A stretch of 64,000 bases of DNA, taken from contig NW_024704743.1 in the NCBI RefSeq assembly GCF_018977255.1, positions 70,806,001-70,870,000 of the forward strand, written 5' to 3'. Shown piece by piece: positions 14,205 to 27,827 of the stretch (positions within the stretch are counted from its first letter, which is position 1; each line of letters opens with the position of its first letter). A program made the translations under genes and the position numbers. Source of the stretch: Callorhinchus milii (Eukaryota). The notes under the pieces are model-generated. The model ran no database searches, had not been told where the DNA came from, and saw only the letters and a program-made list of their open reading frames with translations.

Positions 14205-14530
14205 TTAACTGAACTTTAAAAGTTTAAACCAGGAGTGGTCACCTGTTATCAATTGGGATATCAACAAGAGCAGAAATTCTGACATGTAAAATATTATCAT
14301 TGTTAATTATAACATTAAATGCTGCCACTTCACCATCCTCTATGTAGTAAATTTCTGAACTTGTGATAGTTTCAACCTATTGTCAGTATCATTGCCTGCT
14401 GTTTGATTTCCCTTTAGCTTGAGATGACCTTGCAAAGTCAGATAGGATATGTACATACTTCCAGTTGACAACAGAGCTTAGTTCATGTCTATGCCTGTTT
14501 ATAATCGATCTAACCAATTGAGATATCGAC
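14205..14530. repeat. Locally duplicated unit, uninterrupted copy (second copy at about 15830-17225)
   Basis: AATTTCTGAACTTGTGATA.TTTCAACCTATT...TGCTGTTTGATTTCCCTTTAGC and GATGACCTTG...TAACCAATTGAGAT occur in both copies. Confidence 0.8.
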
Positions 14531-16046
14531 ATGGGCAACAATTCCCACAATGTAATAAAAGTGACTGAAATCCCACCAAAACAAAATGACTGAAATCCTA
14601 CCTACGCTTGGTCTGTTAGACCATTTTGTCTTAAGATTGCACAGAGCAGAATTGTGGAAAATTTATAAATTAATTTTAAAGTTGTTTTTTTTAAAAGAAC
14701 CAATGTGCAGAAAACCACTTCCCAAAACAGACTGAATACAACTCTCAGTTCTGCAAGTTCCTAAATTTTAGGATGAAATGGTTTTACAGGTCATGACTGG
14801 ATGGAATTTCAGGCCTAATTTGAGTTCAATTGAAGCTTGAAAATTCCACTTACCTGCAAAACCACTTTGATTAAATATTTAACATCATGTAGAATTGTGG
14901 AAAATTCCTGAATTTCGATGCTGGTTTTCCTCAGTACTTAAAAAGAACTGGAGTCTGAATTAATATAGAATTGAAGACCTATTTTTAAGGTCTGCACTAT
15001 CTTAGATTTGAAGGTCTTTATTTAATTTAAATTAAATTTAAATGTCTTACAGGCTAAGAAATGTAGGCCTGGAATGTGTCAATTAATCACAGTTTTTTTG
15101 CGATAGACCTGATTTTGCCATTTTCTTGCACAGGAAATGTATATTTCTTTTTATTTGTTAAGTTGTTAAAAAGTCGTTCATTTGGCTCTTTTGTAACATT
15201 AAAATAGTATAGAAATGCTTGGCTTATCCAACCTGAGAGCTCCTCAACAGACCACAGGCAGTGAATACAGTGTAACACACACAATGTGTGCATACTGCAT
15301 CTGGTGTGATTTGCACAGCTCTTGATACCAACTCCTCCAGGTATAAATCCAGTATGATTAATGTTAGCTCATGTGGGAAAATCAGACTTATGGCCTTTGA
15401 GCACAAGCAATTCTTTAATCAGATTTTAAAAATCTGACACCTCATATTATAGACTTCTAGATTTGGGTTTAACTGCACATGCACAGATTTGATCTCTGCC
15501 CCAGTCGTATAAAAAGAAAATGAAAGTTAAGGGGTGGACCCTGCATCCCACACATAAGAACATAAAAAATGTTCAATGAAAAAAGACCAAGGCCCATCTA
15601 GTTCGCCTTCCATTCCCTCCCCCCTTCACATGTGACCCAAACTACCTATACACTATATCTCATAATGTTATTTCCTAAAAGAAAACTATCTAATCTATGT
15701 TTGAAAGAATAAACACTTCTTGAAAGAATCGAAACATATAATCCTTTAAAGCAGTAGTTACAAGGAACAGATATTCCTCCTGGAGCCCTCTACCCAGGAT
15801 TATTTGAACAGGTTCCCCCCTTCCCATATTAAACAGTTTAAACTCAACTGGTGGTCAGTACTCTGCACTAAATGTTCCCCAGCTTCTTTTTGAAGAGAGT
15901 GAACAAATATCATCGAAAGTGCAGCTCAAAGTAACATTGACAAAACAGCTGTAGTTATATCTATGCAATGGGGAGTGAATTTCTGAACTTGTGATACTTT
16001 CAACCTATTATCTGTATCATTGACTGCTGTTTGATTTCCCTTTAGC

Positions 16047-17102
16047 ACCTTTTTTTTTATTAAGCCAAGTGTCTGACACATGCGGAAACCCATCAAGATG
16101 CTTAAGCTTATCCAAACCAAGCTGAGAATTCCATGCATCCCACTTACACATGGAAATCACAGAGATAGATTGTTGGACTGGAATAGGCATTGTCTCCCTT
16201 TGGGATCACATCCTGCTTACCTAATTCTGGAATGTATTAGGCACAGGTTGGCAAGACCCAAGGCTTGGGAACCTCAGAATGTGCGTTGGGGTACTGCTGG
16301 AGTTTAAGCAGCTACAACCACTTAGCTTGCCATTGAGAGCACCCTTTGGCAAGCTTTCCCACTGCTTGTCCAGCTAGGACCACCCTACTAGTTAGGGCTT
16401 TGGCTTGCAGGGTTAACAGGAGCTGAGTATGATGACTCCTTGCCCCCAATGACTGGTCTGCCCTTCCAGGTCCTACCGATGAGCCAGGGCTCTCATCAGC
16501 AATGACCTGGAATACCGGCAAAGAAGGCAATTCTGACATTCCATTGTCAGGCATGTCACCTTGGAGCCAGTTCAGGCTCTTCCCTCCGCCCCAAGGAGGA
16601 TAGTCACTACTTGGTCATTAGATACTCGACGAGTGCGGGTTTGAGCCCTGACTAGGTGGATGGTAGGTACAAGGGACTCCCTGCGAGTTTCCTGTTGGCA
16701 ATACAGCTCAGCATGAAATATGTGAGAGCATTGCCATCCTCTACCTGTCCACAGATCAGACACACATTCATTCCCATTGAGCGATGGTTCCACCGGTTGG
16801 AGATGCGAAGTTTAAGCAGCAGCTGCTTGCCTCTCTGCCGGCCAATCAAGGTGGATTCCAGGTGCTGGATGTATGAACGTGTGCTTACGAACTTGGACTC
16901 CAGGTAATGCTTTCCAACAGCTATCACCCCAAGCCTCAGAGCTTCCTCATCAGCTATCTGGTGAGCATGTGCCTTCACTGTGGTGGGAGGGCCTTTACAA
17001 GACAACTTGTGACATGCCAGCTGCCTTGATGTTCTCGAGGTCCAAGTCCAATGCCGTGTAACAGGCTTACTCAGCACAGGCACCAAAATAATCTTATTTT
17101 AG
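16047..17102 (-). mobile_element. Unclassified ~1.05 kb retroposed element with A-rich tail and short TSD
   Basis: Interrupts the duplicated unit; flanked by TAGC (16043-16046, 17103-17106); minus strand ends AATAAAAAAAAA; partial copies at 12695, 31990, 46005 and 51920. Confidence 0.75.
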
Positions 17103-17904
17103 TAGCTCGTGATGACCTTGTGAAATCAGATAGGGGATGTGCAAAGCAAACTTCCCATTGATAGCAGAGTTTAGTTCATGCCTGCCTACTTATAGCGGTC
17201 TAACATTAACCAATTGAGATTTATAGTGATTCTGATGATTGGTCACAGCATATAAAGGTAGTTTCAAATACAAACCAGATAAATTAAGTTATGTTCAACT
17301 CAAATAGTAATAATAATAATCCTTGTATTTGATTTAGCGCCTAATCACGTCTTCAAGACATCCCAAAGCGCTTCACAGAATATACTATAAAGTGAATTCA
17401 CTCTGCATTTTGTGGGCAAAACACGGCAGACTGTTATACACAGCAGTGTCCCACAAACAGTTGTGGATTGAGTGACCAATTTATTATTATTTTGATCTTA
17501 ATTTCAGCCTCTTCCTGGGGGCCAGCAGTGGGCAACTCGATTATGTCATGGGGTAGAATAGAAACAACATTATTCATAACAAGATCCCCCAAATATCCTG
17601 CATCCCCCCAGCCCCACCCTAACCTACAGCAGTTAGTGCACACACTCTAACAATGAAACACCACCACTGGGCAGCACTATAAAAGTAACTTAGAAATATT
17701 CCAGTTTTACAACAACAACAACTTGGATTTACATAGCGCCCTCCAAGCCGGATGGCTTCTCAGAATTATAAAATTCAATGCAAACTTACCTGCATCTGTT
17801 CATTACCTTGTATGGTTACATTATATAAACAGAAAATGTGTGCAAACTCTCTATTTGTACACTACCGGTGTGTGTGTCTGTGTGTGGGTGTGTGTGCACG
17901 TGCA

Positions 17905-18136
17905 AATCTCTGGAATTCCATACCCCAATCACTCCACCTCGCCCCTTCCTCAGCCTCCTTCAAGTCCTGGCTCAAAACCCTCCTCTTCGACCATGCCATT
18001 GGTCACCCCCCTTCCCCTCCCCTCCCTTCTCCCCCCTGACTCCAGCTCGGGTCTCAAATGCTGTACACTGTCCAGCGCCTTGGGATGTCCTCCTGAGGTG
18101 AAAGGCGCTATTCAAATATAATCCTGTTGTTGTTGT
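17905..18136 (+). mobile_element. L2 LINE 3' end, preceded by an imperfect (TG)n at about 17868-17896
   Basis: CTCTGGAATTCC..CCTTCAAG..CTCTTCGACC..GTGAAAGGCGCTAT then (TTG)n. Confidence 0.8.
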
Positions 18137-20536
18137 TAATGTTATTACTAAGCCATTCAAAAGCAAGAATACAAGAGAGAAGATTTACCCAGCACTTAAC
18201 ATTATTTTCAAATCAAGCCCACAGTTAAAGCAATATAGAGAGATTTTTAGCTGGAAAATATGTATTTCTGTGAGTTGATGTGGGACAAAAAATTACTTTT
18301 TTAAAAAAAGAGCAACAGATTTTAAAATGATTTAACTTGTTCATTTAATAGTATAGACGTAAAGGGATATTCATGTTTTGTCAAAATAATCAAATGCTTA
18401 GAAAAACCTGCAGGCAATTTTCTAGGCATTGAGTCTGACAACAACAACAACAACAAAATTACATTTGTATAGCGCCCTTCACGTCGGGAGGACGTCCCAA
18501 GGTGCTGAACAGAGGTGTGTGTGTGGAGAAGGTTCGAAGTAGAGATCAGCACATACTACATCATCCTAAATAATGTAAAATATTTAGTGCACTAACCAGG
18601 CTGGCAATTATGACCTGTAATGTGTTAATTACCGCCAGGTTTAATTGACATATGTTTGAAATTCACCTCGCTGGTAACTAAAGGTATCATAACTGATATG
18701 TAGGTATGATCACCTTCCCAACTCCAGGGCAGTGATTAGCCACAAAACCATTTTATGACAGAGATTTGACTTAATAGCCTTTAGATCATGGCATTGGATT
18801 GCTGATTAGAGGAATATTAGCCTTATTCTGATCTTTTTGTTGAGTTGATTTGAGGGGGTGGGAATAAGCAAGTCAATGTCATTAGTTATCGGCAGAGAGA
18901 CTTTTCAACACATCACATGTCACAATTTTCATCCCTGTAGCTCTTATTTCTTGAGAAAGTCACAAATCCTCTATTTTGTGAGTCATGCTGTTCTCAGCAT
19001 AAACCAGAAGAGATGGGGTGCCTAGCACATGGTTAGTAGCACGTTCTGTGTCAGCAGTTATTAAATGTGTTAACACGTCCAAACTACTGCCATTTCAGCC
19101 TGCGTAAAATAGTAGCTCCAACGTGATGTGGTCATATTTTTTTACAAAGCTAATAGTCACAATCAGAGTGAAGTAAACTTAAGACATGTTTCCAATTCAT
19201 TATAGTGAAATTGAATCTCTAGGATCCTATTATAAAGGAAAATGTTCTCATTTAAGTTCATAAATATAAATATTCTTAGTTTGTTTAGATGCTAATGGAA
19301 CCGTTTTAAGATGGATATATATCAGTGTTAAGTCATTAGAGCAGCATTGACTGAAAATGGTTTCATTGACCTTTAATTCCTTGGCTCAGCTGAAGGAGGC
19401 AATAGTGCTGAGAATTCTTGCAGACTCCTGCTGAGGCTCTGCAATTGTAAAGCAATGATTGCTGTTGCCATGGACTGATAGGTCTGGAGAGGTCAGCAGA
19501 TTGCAAAATTAGTTCACAGGTTGATTCAGTATTATATTGTAAACTGAAAGCAGATTTTAAAAAAACAAGTTTTACGTTGTTTCCGACTCTCGAGTCAGAG
19601 ATTTATTCATTTTAGATGTTGATATTATTATGTTCCACCTCTCATTTGGTAGTACTTTTACCTCTGAATTAAGCTCCACATCAGGACTTGAACTTGCAGT
19701 TTATACTCCAGAGTAATATTTCAGGACGCTCTGTATTTTCAGGGGTACTATCCTTCAGATTAGACATTAAAACCAAGGTCCCGTGTTTCCAGGAGGACAT
19801 CCACTATTTGCAAATGGATTTTCTCCCAGTGTCCCGCCTACAATCTGCTAGATAAAATTGGATGCTACTGTGTGCAGTACGGCCGCTACATTTATCTATT
19901 AAATAGTCATTACACTTGAGAGTCAATACTGTAAAAAAAATGTTGAGGCGTCTCAACGTGACAAGAAACCATAAAAATCTTTTTTTTTACCATTCCTGGA
20001 GATGAAGTCAGTTAGTCCTGATTTCAGCTGTACTGAATTAGCACACACACCAGCCACTCAGTAAACTAACCAAACATAGGACTATAAACTCAGTCTATGC
20101 TGCTTATAGCAAAACAGAAAAGCCAAAGAACTGATTAAATATTCCTTTCATTGCATTCCGCTGAGATTCTCACTGTTCTTCCAAATCAAACTGAAAGTAT
20201 CTGTAAAATTGGCTTTCAGCAATTCATTACTATTTGTCAAATAAGCAGAATTTACGTTACTGTATTTTTAATTAGAATAACTTGTATTAATACAGCAGCT
20301 GTCATGCTGAACACATGTCCCAAATGACTTCACAAAATACATGATGATGAAAACAATTTTACTATTGTTTCAAATGATATTCCTTGTTTGAACTATTGAT
20401 TTTTTATATGGATAATAAAATATGTAACATAATAATAATATAAACAATGGATAATAATATATAGCATTGATGCAACATTGCTCAACACCTTCTTTGTCAA
20501 GAGTTCTGCTGATTTGTGTTTGTGATTGCATTTCAG

Positions 20537-20751
20537 GTAAAGGTGATCTAATTGGTGCAAATCTTGCAAGTAAAGATCAAGTTATCAAAACAAATGCGGA
20601 TGTTAAAGCTCTAACGTATTGTGACCTGCAGTGTATTAATCTGAAAGGCCTCTGTGAGGTGCTGGAGTTGTACCCGGAATACTCCCATAGATTCATGGAG
20701 GACATTCATCACGATCTTACCTATAACCTCAGAGAAGGTCATGAGAGTGAT
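20537..20751 (+). CDS. kcnh8: KCNH8 exon: CNBHD including the intrinsic ligand (LTYNLR)
   Basis: TTTCAG acceptor, GTAAGT donor at 20752; (G)[33 protein letters not shown]...[14 protein letters not shown]; phase 1 to 0. Confidence 0.96.
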
Positions 20752-21789
20752 GTAAGTCAAATGTACAGATCACCTTTATTGTTATACCATGTACAGAAGC
20801 TAAATTGAATGTCTTAAACTCCTAATCTGTCCTTAAATAACAAAATACTGGGAACTGAGGAGATACGTGGCTTGCTGCGTGAGCATGAAGTGACATATTT
20901 TCAACTTCCTGGCAACATCAATAACAGTAAATGAGTAGTGTTGTTACCACTCTATTGAACTTTCTCTTCACAGCCGTAAACCTGTGATTCTTGTTTTGCT
21001 TCCTTTAAAATATTGTTCTAGATTTACTTTGACTCCTTTCAATATCTTATATAGGTCCCATCAGAACATTTTAATACAGCATGATTTTAAGAAGTTTATT
21101 CTGGTGTCCTAGACAAAAATACCCCCAAAATAAAAGAAAGAAAATTGTCACTCACTCCATGGCTGTTTGTGTGGAAATTGGCTGCCGTGTTCACCCACAA
21201 AATACAGTCACACCATTTTACAGTAAATCCAGTGAAGTGCTTTGAGATGTCTTGGCCACATCATAAAGCGATATATTAAATGCAAGTGTTATTATTATAT
21301 TATTATCTTTTGCATGGCTGAGGATCCCTAGCTTATCTAGTCATTCCTTATCGTTCGTTCTTCTAACATTGGGGATCAGCTTCATTGCTCTCCTCTGAAC
21401 TGTGTGCAGTACTCCAGATGTGGTCAGTACAGTTTGAGCATGACTTCATTGTTGCCTTTGTGCCCAATTTTAAAATATTGACATTATGTGAGGCAAAGGG
21501 AATTTACAAACAAGGGATAATCTACAGCAATGCAAATAGTTTTCTAAAAATAATACCTGTCAAGACAGCTTTTAAAAGAAAGTTAATTTCTATCCTCACC
21601 GCAGTAAGCGTCTGGATGCATCTATGCATTTATCTGTTTTTCTCTGGATTTTGCTCTGTGCTCAATATCTAAATGTGCATTGACAGCAATTTGACCTAAT
21701 CCACCAGAGCAAGCAGAAGCTTTGCTCCTGAGCAGTTTTTCCATTAGAATAAATAGCAATTATAGCCAATTTTAGAGTAAGCAAAAAAA

Positions 21790-22135
21790 AGGTGTGTGTT
21801 CAAGCTCCACGGAGGAACATGGAACTTATATAGTCTATGCTAACACTCCAATGCAGCGATGGTGGGTGTGCTGTTGTTGGAGATACCATCCTTCAGATGA
21901 GACATTACACCAAGACCCTGTTTCTCTGTTGAGGTGGACGGTAAAGATCCCTTATTTGAAAGAAGGGTGTTCCTCCCAGTTGTCCTGACCAACAGTCGCC
22001 CAACCTAAAAAACTGTTCATTCACATCATGGCTGTTTGTGGGACAGTGATGCATGCAAATCAGCTGCCATGTTTGTCTACAAAATTAGACACCACATTTA
22101 ACTATTACTTGTTAAATATTTTGAGATATTTTACA
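21790..22135 (+). mobile_element. Deu-domain SINE, 5' eroded
   Basis: GTTCAAGC, CAGATGAGACATTA, GGTGGACGGTAAAGATCCC, TGTCCTGACCAAC. Confidence 0.65.
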
Positions 22136-22325
22136 CAACAATAACAACAACAAGATTGCATTTATAGAGCGCCTTTCACGTCGGGAGGTTGTCCCAGGGC
22201 ACTGGACAGTTGGGTCGGGACCCGAGCAGGGGGGAAATGGTCAGGGTGAGGGGAGGGAAGGGAGGGAGCGAAGAGGGGGTAGAGAGTCGAGAGGGGAGCT
22301 GAAGCACGGTTGATGAGAAGAGATA
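22135..22325 (-). mobile_element. L2 LINE 3' end
   Basis: (CAA)n then GCGCCTTTCACGTCGGGAGG..CCCAGGGCACTGGACAG. Confidence 0.75.
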
Positions 22326-23270
22326 CGTTTTAGCATAATAAGGTGCTATAAAAACACTAAAGTTTATGTTTTTCTTCTTCAGACTTATAATGCCAATAGT
22401 TGTCCAAATTGTAAAATTGTAAACAAAGCCACTACTTGCTATATCGAGTAAATGACACTCATTCCACCAAAGTCTCTCCCTCAAGTATGTTAAATTTTGT
22501 TTTGAATACCCAAATATGCAAGGATTATTATTATGTTTTACTGATTTTATCCTGTTTAAATGTAATGTTTGAAAACATTTTGATTCTTTTTACCTCTCCA
22601 TTTCACCAGCATATTACAGCATATGGTCAAGCAGATTATAGAGCTAAAACAGGAAGCATGGTGAAAAAGCTTTGCTTCATTAAATCAGCTTAGCTGTCAT
22701 TATAAATATAATAAAAGGACTGAAAAAGAGTCTGATCGTATTTGTTTTTCAAGAAGATTGAGGTAAACAGGTTGATTTTTAAATATGTTGCAGTTGTATG
22801 AACCATTTTGGCAATGTTTTTAGTGCTCCGAGACGCTACGCATCTAAAGGGCGCTATATAAATGCAAGTTATTGTTGTTGTTGTTAATTGTTGTTTTTGA
22901 CAAGGTGATTTTCTCCCTTTAGCATGCATTAGTCTCACCACAGTACAAACCTTCCTTGGATGATAGATGAGGAATTTGATCTTTAATCCTTGCCATTGTA
23001 TTCTATTAAATGTAATTAAGAATGGTACAGATGCCTTCCTCCAGTTAGACCCCATGGAGAAATACCAAATACACAGACTTTCTCAGAGATTGGAAATGGT
23101 CACATAAGAATTCTGCACCCTTGCATTCTATGGTACAGTACACCAGATGTTCAGTCTACTTCTCTACCAAATCTTCCTAAAATAATTTCCAATTTTCTAT
23201 ACATGGAATTATAATTATTGGTGCAATTGATTACTGTCAAGTGTAGACTGATTTGCAAACAAAGAAACGA

Positions 23271-23710
23271 GTGTGTCAGCCTGGCTCAGTGGTAGCACTC
23301 TCTCCTCTGAGTCAGAAGGATACAGGTTGAAGCTTCACATCGGGACTTGGAGTTACACAGTCTAAGATGGCATTCCAATGCAGTGTTGGGGAGGTATTGT
23401 ATTGTTGTAGGTGCCATTGTTCAGATGAGATATTAAAGCGAGGTGCTGTCTGCCTGTTCAGATAAATGTTAAAAATCCCAAGGCACTTTTGAAAAGAGAA
23501 GAGAGTTTCTCCCAGTGTCCTGGCCAACAATCCCCCAAAATAAAATTGGTAATGTATTTTATGGCTGTTTGTGGGACATTACTGTACGTAATGTTTTGTA
23601 TTTTGTTTCACCCAAAATATGCATAGTCAAAACACTATACAGTATTTTCTCTGAAATACGTTGAGACATCTCAACGACCTGATAAGGCGTTGTATTAAAT
23701 GCAAGGATTG
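23271..23710 (+). mobile_element. Full-length Deu-domain tRNA SINE
   Basis: A box TGGCTCAGTGG, core GGTGCCATTGTTCAGATGAGATATTAAAGCGAGG..AATCCCAAGGCAC..GTGTCCTGGCCAAC, L2-like tail. Confidence 0.8.
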
Positions 23711-23719
23711 ATCTATTTT

Positions 23720-24012
23720 ACACACAGCAAGCTGCTGTGAACAGTCATGATTTAATTATCAAATATCCAGGCCAGCAATCATTGACTGGATCATGGAGTG
23801 AAACAACCTTCTTCTTTTGATTAGTACATGATCTATAACATCCGCCTTAAGTACTCATCAAGTACCTTTGTTTAATATCTCACCTGAAGGACAACATCTC
23901 TGACAATGCAGCCCTCCCACATTGAATATTAGCCAAAAGACTATAAGCTCAAAGTCCGGAAATGGGGCATAAACCACAACCTTCTGACCAACAGGTGAAA
24001 CTCAAGCTGACA
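23720..24012 (-). mobile_element. Older Deu-domain SINE, inverted relative to the 23271 copy
   Basis: TTTAATATCTCACCTGAAGGACAACATCTCTGACAATGCAG is the reverse complement of the core. Confidence 0.6.
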
Positions 24013-26419
24013 CCTGATGGATATTGAATTTTGATGTTGAAATTATTGATGATAAAATATATAAGTTTCTTACTAGAGTCAATAACATGATCTGCTTCCA
24101 GAGCAGAGTTCCTTCTAATGAGTATATCAAATGTCTGGTTGCCATCAGCAGTTGCTATTTATAATTTAGAGTTACAACTCGCGAATCCTGTTACATTTAT
24201 TACATTTCACACCCCAACGTTGTGCAAGTTTAGTAAGACTGCTGAACTGGAAGTTCCCAGCTTGCAAATCGCAAGTCAGTAAAGTCAAAAAAATGCTTGG
24301 CAACCCATTTCACAAACCAGAAATCTAACATAATAAATTCAATTTGAGAATATTGAAAATGATTAGACTCCATTGCTATTGTTTGAGTCTGTCCCCTGTG
24401 TACATAAATTCAAGTGCAAACTGAATTTGGCACCATTTTCTGAACTAGGTTTGCCTCAAGATAGATGAGGGATTGAAGAGGTTACAAACTAGCCAAGTAC
24501 AATTTGTCTTTTCTGTACTTATAATCCCACCAGATTTACTTTGTAAGACATTTGTCCTTTACAACTGAATCTTGCTGCAGTCTATTTTAAGACCAACTAG
24601 AATACAACTCTTTCATCCAAAACATAGCTATTAAAAGACCATTCTCGAGTGAGTTCTCCTGGCAGCTATGATATGGGTTCTTTGTGTCTTGATACTGAAT
24701 AGACTGTGATTCCCAATTTAAGACAGTTTTTTTTTAAGATGCAATGGATGTTAGATTTGAAGATCTTTTATTATGATTAGATTTGCCTGAGACTACAATA
24801 AAATAAGCTTCTCAGAGAAGCTATTGTACAGTATTATCATGTCAGGGTGAGTGATTTTACTTTACACATACAATAAATACTGTATACAAGCATTTTTAAT
24901 GTATGGTGTCTACTGGATAAAAATTGAGAGATGTGATGTTCCGATTATCACCATTGAAAATTATCACATCATTGTTAATTGCTGTTGAGGCCAGAAAATA
25001 ATAAGGAACTGCCCATAGTTTTATTCTGCCACCCCCACCTGACTTCATCATAATGGCCTTACTTGAAGCTGTCTTAATGTCACCATTGGCATTGCTGAGA
25101 TATTGGGGAATTTGGGTACTAGTTTGCAAATTATTATCTTGGTTCAGATCTTTTGGTTGAATTAAGCTGGAAAGCTGTTAAACTGAGTTCAGCCAAGAAG
25201 CAACTGTACATCATACATTTTATTGTATGATGTACGTGACATATTTCACTGCTGATATATATGTATATTTCATGCAACTGTAAGCATCTCATTCACTAGA
25301 ATATCAGTTTCTTAATGTGGGAATTTAATTTTACACACCCTAGAGAAGATTCCACAGAGATTTTTTCATCACATTCATCCAAATTTGTTTCAATCTCAAC
25401 AAATATCACATGTAATTTCCACGTGTCAATACGTGTGCCAAGTGCCTCTGAAATTAATAGGTTTTCACTTAAATTCTCTTTCAAATATTAGACTTGAACA
25501 AAATGTTAATATATCAAATTAGGAAATTTAACAAAATGTGAGAATATCTGAACATGAAAATATCGAGAGCAAAATTCCAATAAGGAAGGCCATGATAAAT
25601 TAGAATTACATAAATAGTTCTGTCTGAATGATTTAGGTCTCAAATATTACTGTTTGATTCCACATGGGCGGTTGTACCAACATTCTGTTTCTGATGGCTT
25701 CCCGTACCCCTGCTGATTAAATTCAAGATCCTTGCCCTCGCTTTTAAATCCACACCTCGCTTTATTCTATCTCGTCCTGCATTTCTACTGCCCTGGCTGC
25801 TCCCTCCCAAACGCTAGTCTTTTTCATATCACCTGCCAGATCTAACTCACCATCAATGGATGAGCTTTCAACCACTATGCACCTGCTCTGTGGAATTCCA
25901 TGCCACCCTTCTCACCCGCTACCTCCAAAACACACCTTTAACTTCAACTTTTTGACTGAAAAGCACAATATAAATGTAAATTGTTGTTGTTTTGATATTG
26001 TCAAACGTTTGAGTATTCATTTTGGCAATGGCACTGTGCAGCTAACAGCATTTCTTGATATTATTTTTATTATTTATTTAAATCTTGTTATTTATGTAAA
26101 TGGACATTTGTGGACCTGAAAGCTGTTGTGTGTTGCTGAGGAAAGCCAGGCAGATTGGTGCCTAATGTCCCTGCAAATGTTGCTGCAGCTGTTCACATGG
26201 AATGAAGTTGGTGGAATCCAGAGAACATTAAAAGGCCTGACATCCCATTTATAAATAAAACAGGAATAAAGGAAGAAATGTTTAACAGATATTTTAACAA
26301 ATGGTTAGGAACAACAACAACAACTTGTATTTTTATAGCACCCTTCACATGGGGTAGCACCTTGGATTGCTTCACAGTGGCAGAGCCTCATGCTGAGCCA
26401 GGAAGAAAGGGGCCAATAA

Positions 26420-26833
26420 CATAATAATAATCTTTGTTTGGTATGGCGCCTTTTATATCAGGATTATATCTCAAAGCGCTTCACAGGATATAATATAAAA
26501 TTGAGTGACTGTGTTTTATGGGTGAACCCGGCAGCCAATCTGTGCGCAGCAATCTCCCAAACCAGCCATGAAGTGAATAATCTATTTTATGTGGGTGATT
26601 GGTGGCCAGAACACCAGGAGACACTCCCTTCTCTTTTCGAATAGTGGCATGGAATCTTTAACATTCACCTGAACAGGCAGACAGGACCTTGTCTCATCCA
26701 AAGGACAAGACTTCCAACAATGCAGCACACCCCAACACTACATCGAAGTGACATCCTAAATGGTATGAGTTCCAAGTCCCAATATGGGGCTTGAACACAC
26801 AACCTTCAGGCTCAGAGGTCAGAGTGTGACCAA
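26420..26833 (-). mobile_element. Deu-domain SINE
   Basis: Tail, core (CATGGAATCTTTAAC, TCTCATCCAAAGGAC) and B box (GGGCTTGAAC) on the reverse strand. Confidence 0.75.
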
Positions 26834-27089
26834 GATAATTACTACTTCACATTTTCATCCCTGTATCTGTTTCTGATTACATCCTGAATTCCTCCAGAAG
26901 AGGGAAGTCTTTTTTCTATCTACCATGTCAATTTCCTTCCTTATGTTAAAAATCTCTTACCAGATTATCCCTTAACCTCCTTACCTTTAGGGAGCATATT
27001 CCAAGTTTATCCAGTTTCTCATCATAGCCAAGTCTCTTCATCTCCCAGCTTCTTACCTTACTCTCCCACCACTCCCTTTCCAAATCCCT

Positions 27090-27740
27090 CCAATCCTATT
27101 CCCATCCCGCCCACAGTATTAAGTGCCCTGGTTAAAGTTACCACCGGTGTCCTCTCCATCTGCAATCAGGGCTCTATTTGCCTCTATGTTTTCCTTGGCC
27201 TCTCTGCTGCCTGCAACACTCCATCCTTCCCTACCATCTGTCATCCCTGCTCTGCCTATATGGTTCTCTGCTTCTTCCGTTTCTCTCTTACCCATCCCAT
27301 CATCTTTATTTTGTCTCTTTCAATGGCTTCTCCGCCAGTCCCTGCACAGTTATATGAGACATTCTTCAGAGCTCCATTCACAGACTTCTACTTTTCACCA
27401 TCTGTATGTTTCCCTTGATGATAGTATCTGAAGCCATAGGATCCACTTCCACATGTATGTAGATGATCCAACTCTGTCTGTTTACCTCTATCCTCAATTC
27501 CTGCACTACTGCTGTTCAGCCATCTGCTTGTCAGACATCAAGTCCTGCATGAGTTCTAACTTCCTACAGCTCAATGCCAACGAGCCCAAGGCACTCCTGC
27601 TTGGCTCATCTTCACCTCAGGCGCTGACTGTATCGACATCCATGGTGCAGAACCTCGATGACTTGTTTGACCCCAACTGTCCTTCAAAACCTATATCCAG
27701 ACCTTTACTTGCTTGGCTTTCTCTCACATCAGCAGCATCA
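27090..27740 (+). mobile_element. Old L2 ORF2 (RT) fragment
   Basis: YVDD and CLSDIKSCMSSNFLQLN in ORF 27453..27794. Confidence 0.7.
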
Positions 27741-27827
27741 TCTGCCTTTATGTCTGTAACTGAATGGGAGCTAAATGCTCCCTTTCCATTGTAATATGCT
27801 GGAAGATTGCCTGTTTAATAGCTCTTA

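Noticed and set aside
16652..17086. 144-aa ORF inside the unclassified element
   Set aside because: No recognisable domain, and the homologous copy near 51920-52300 does not show the same ORF
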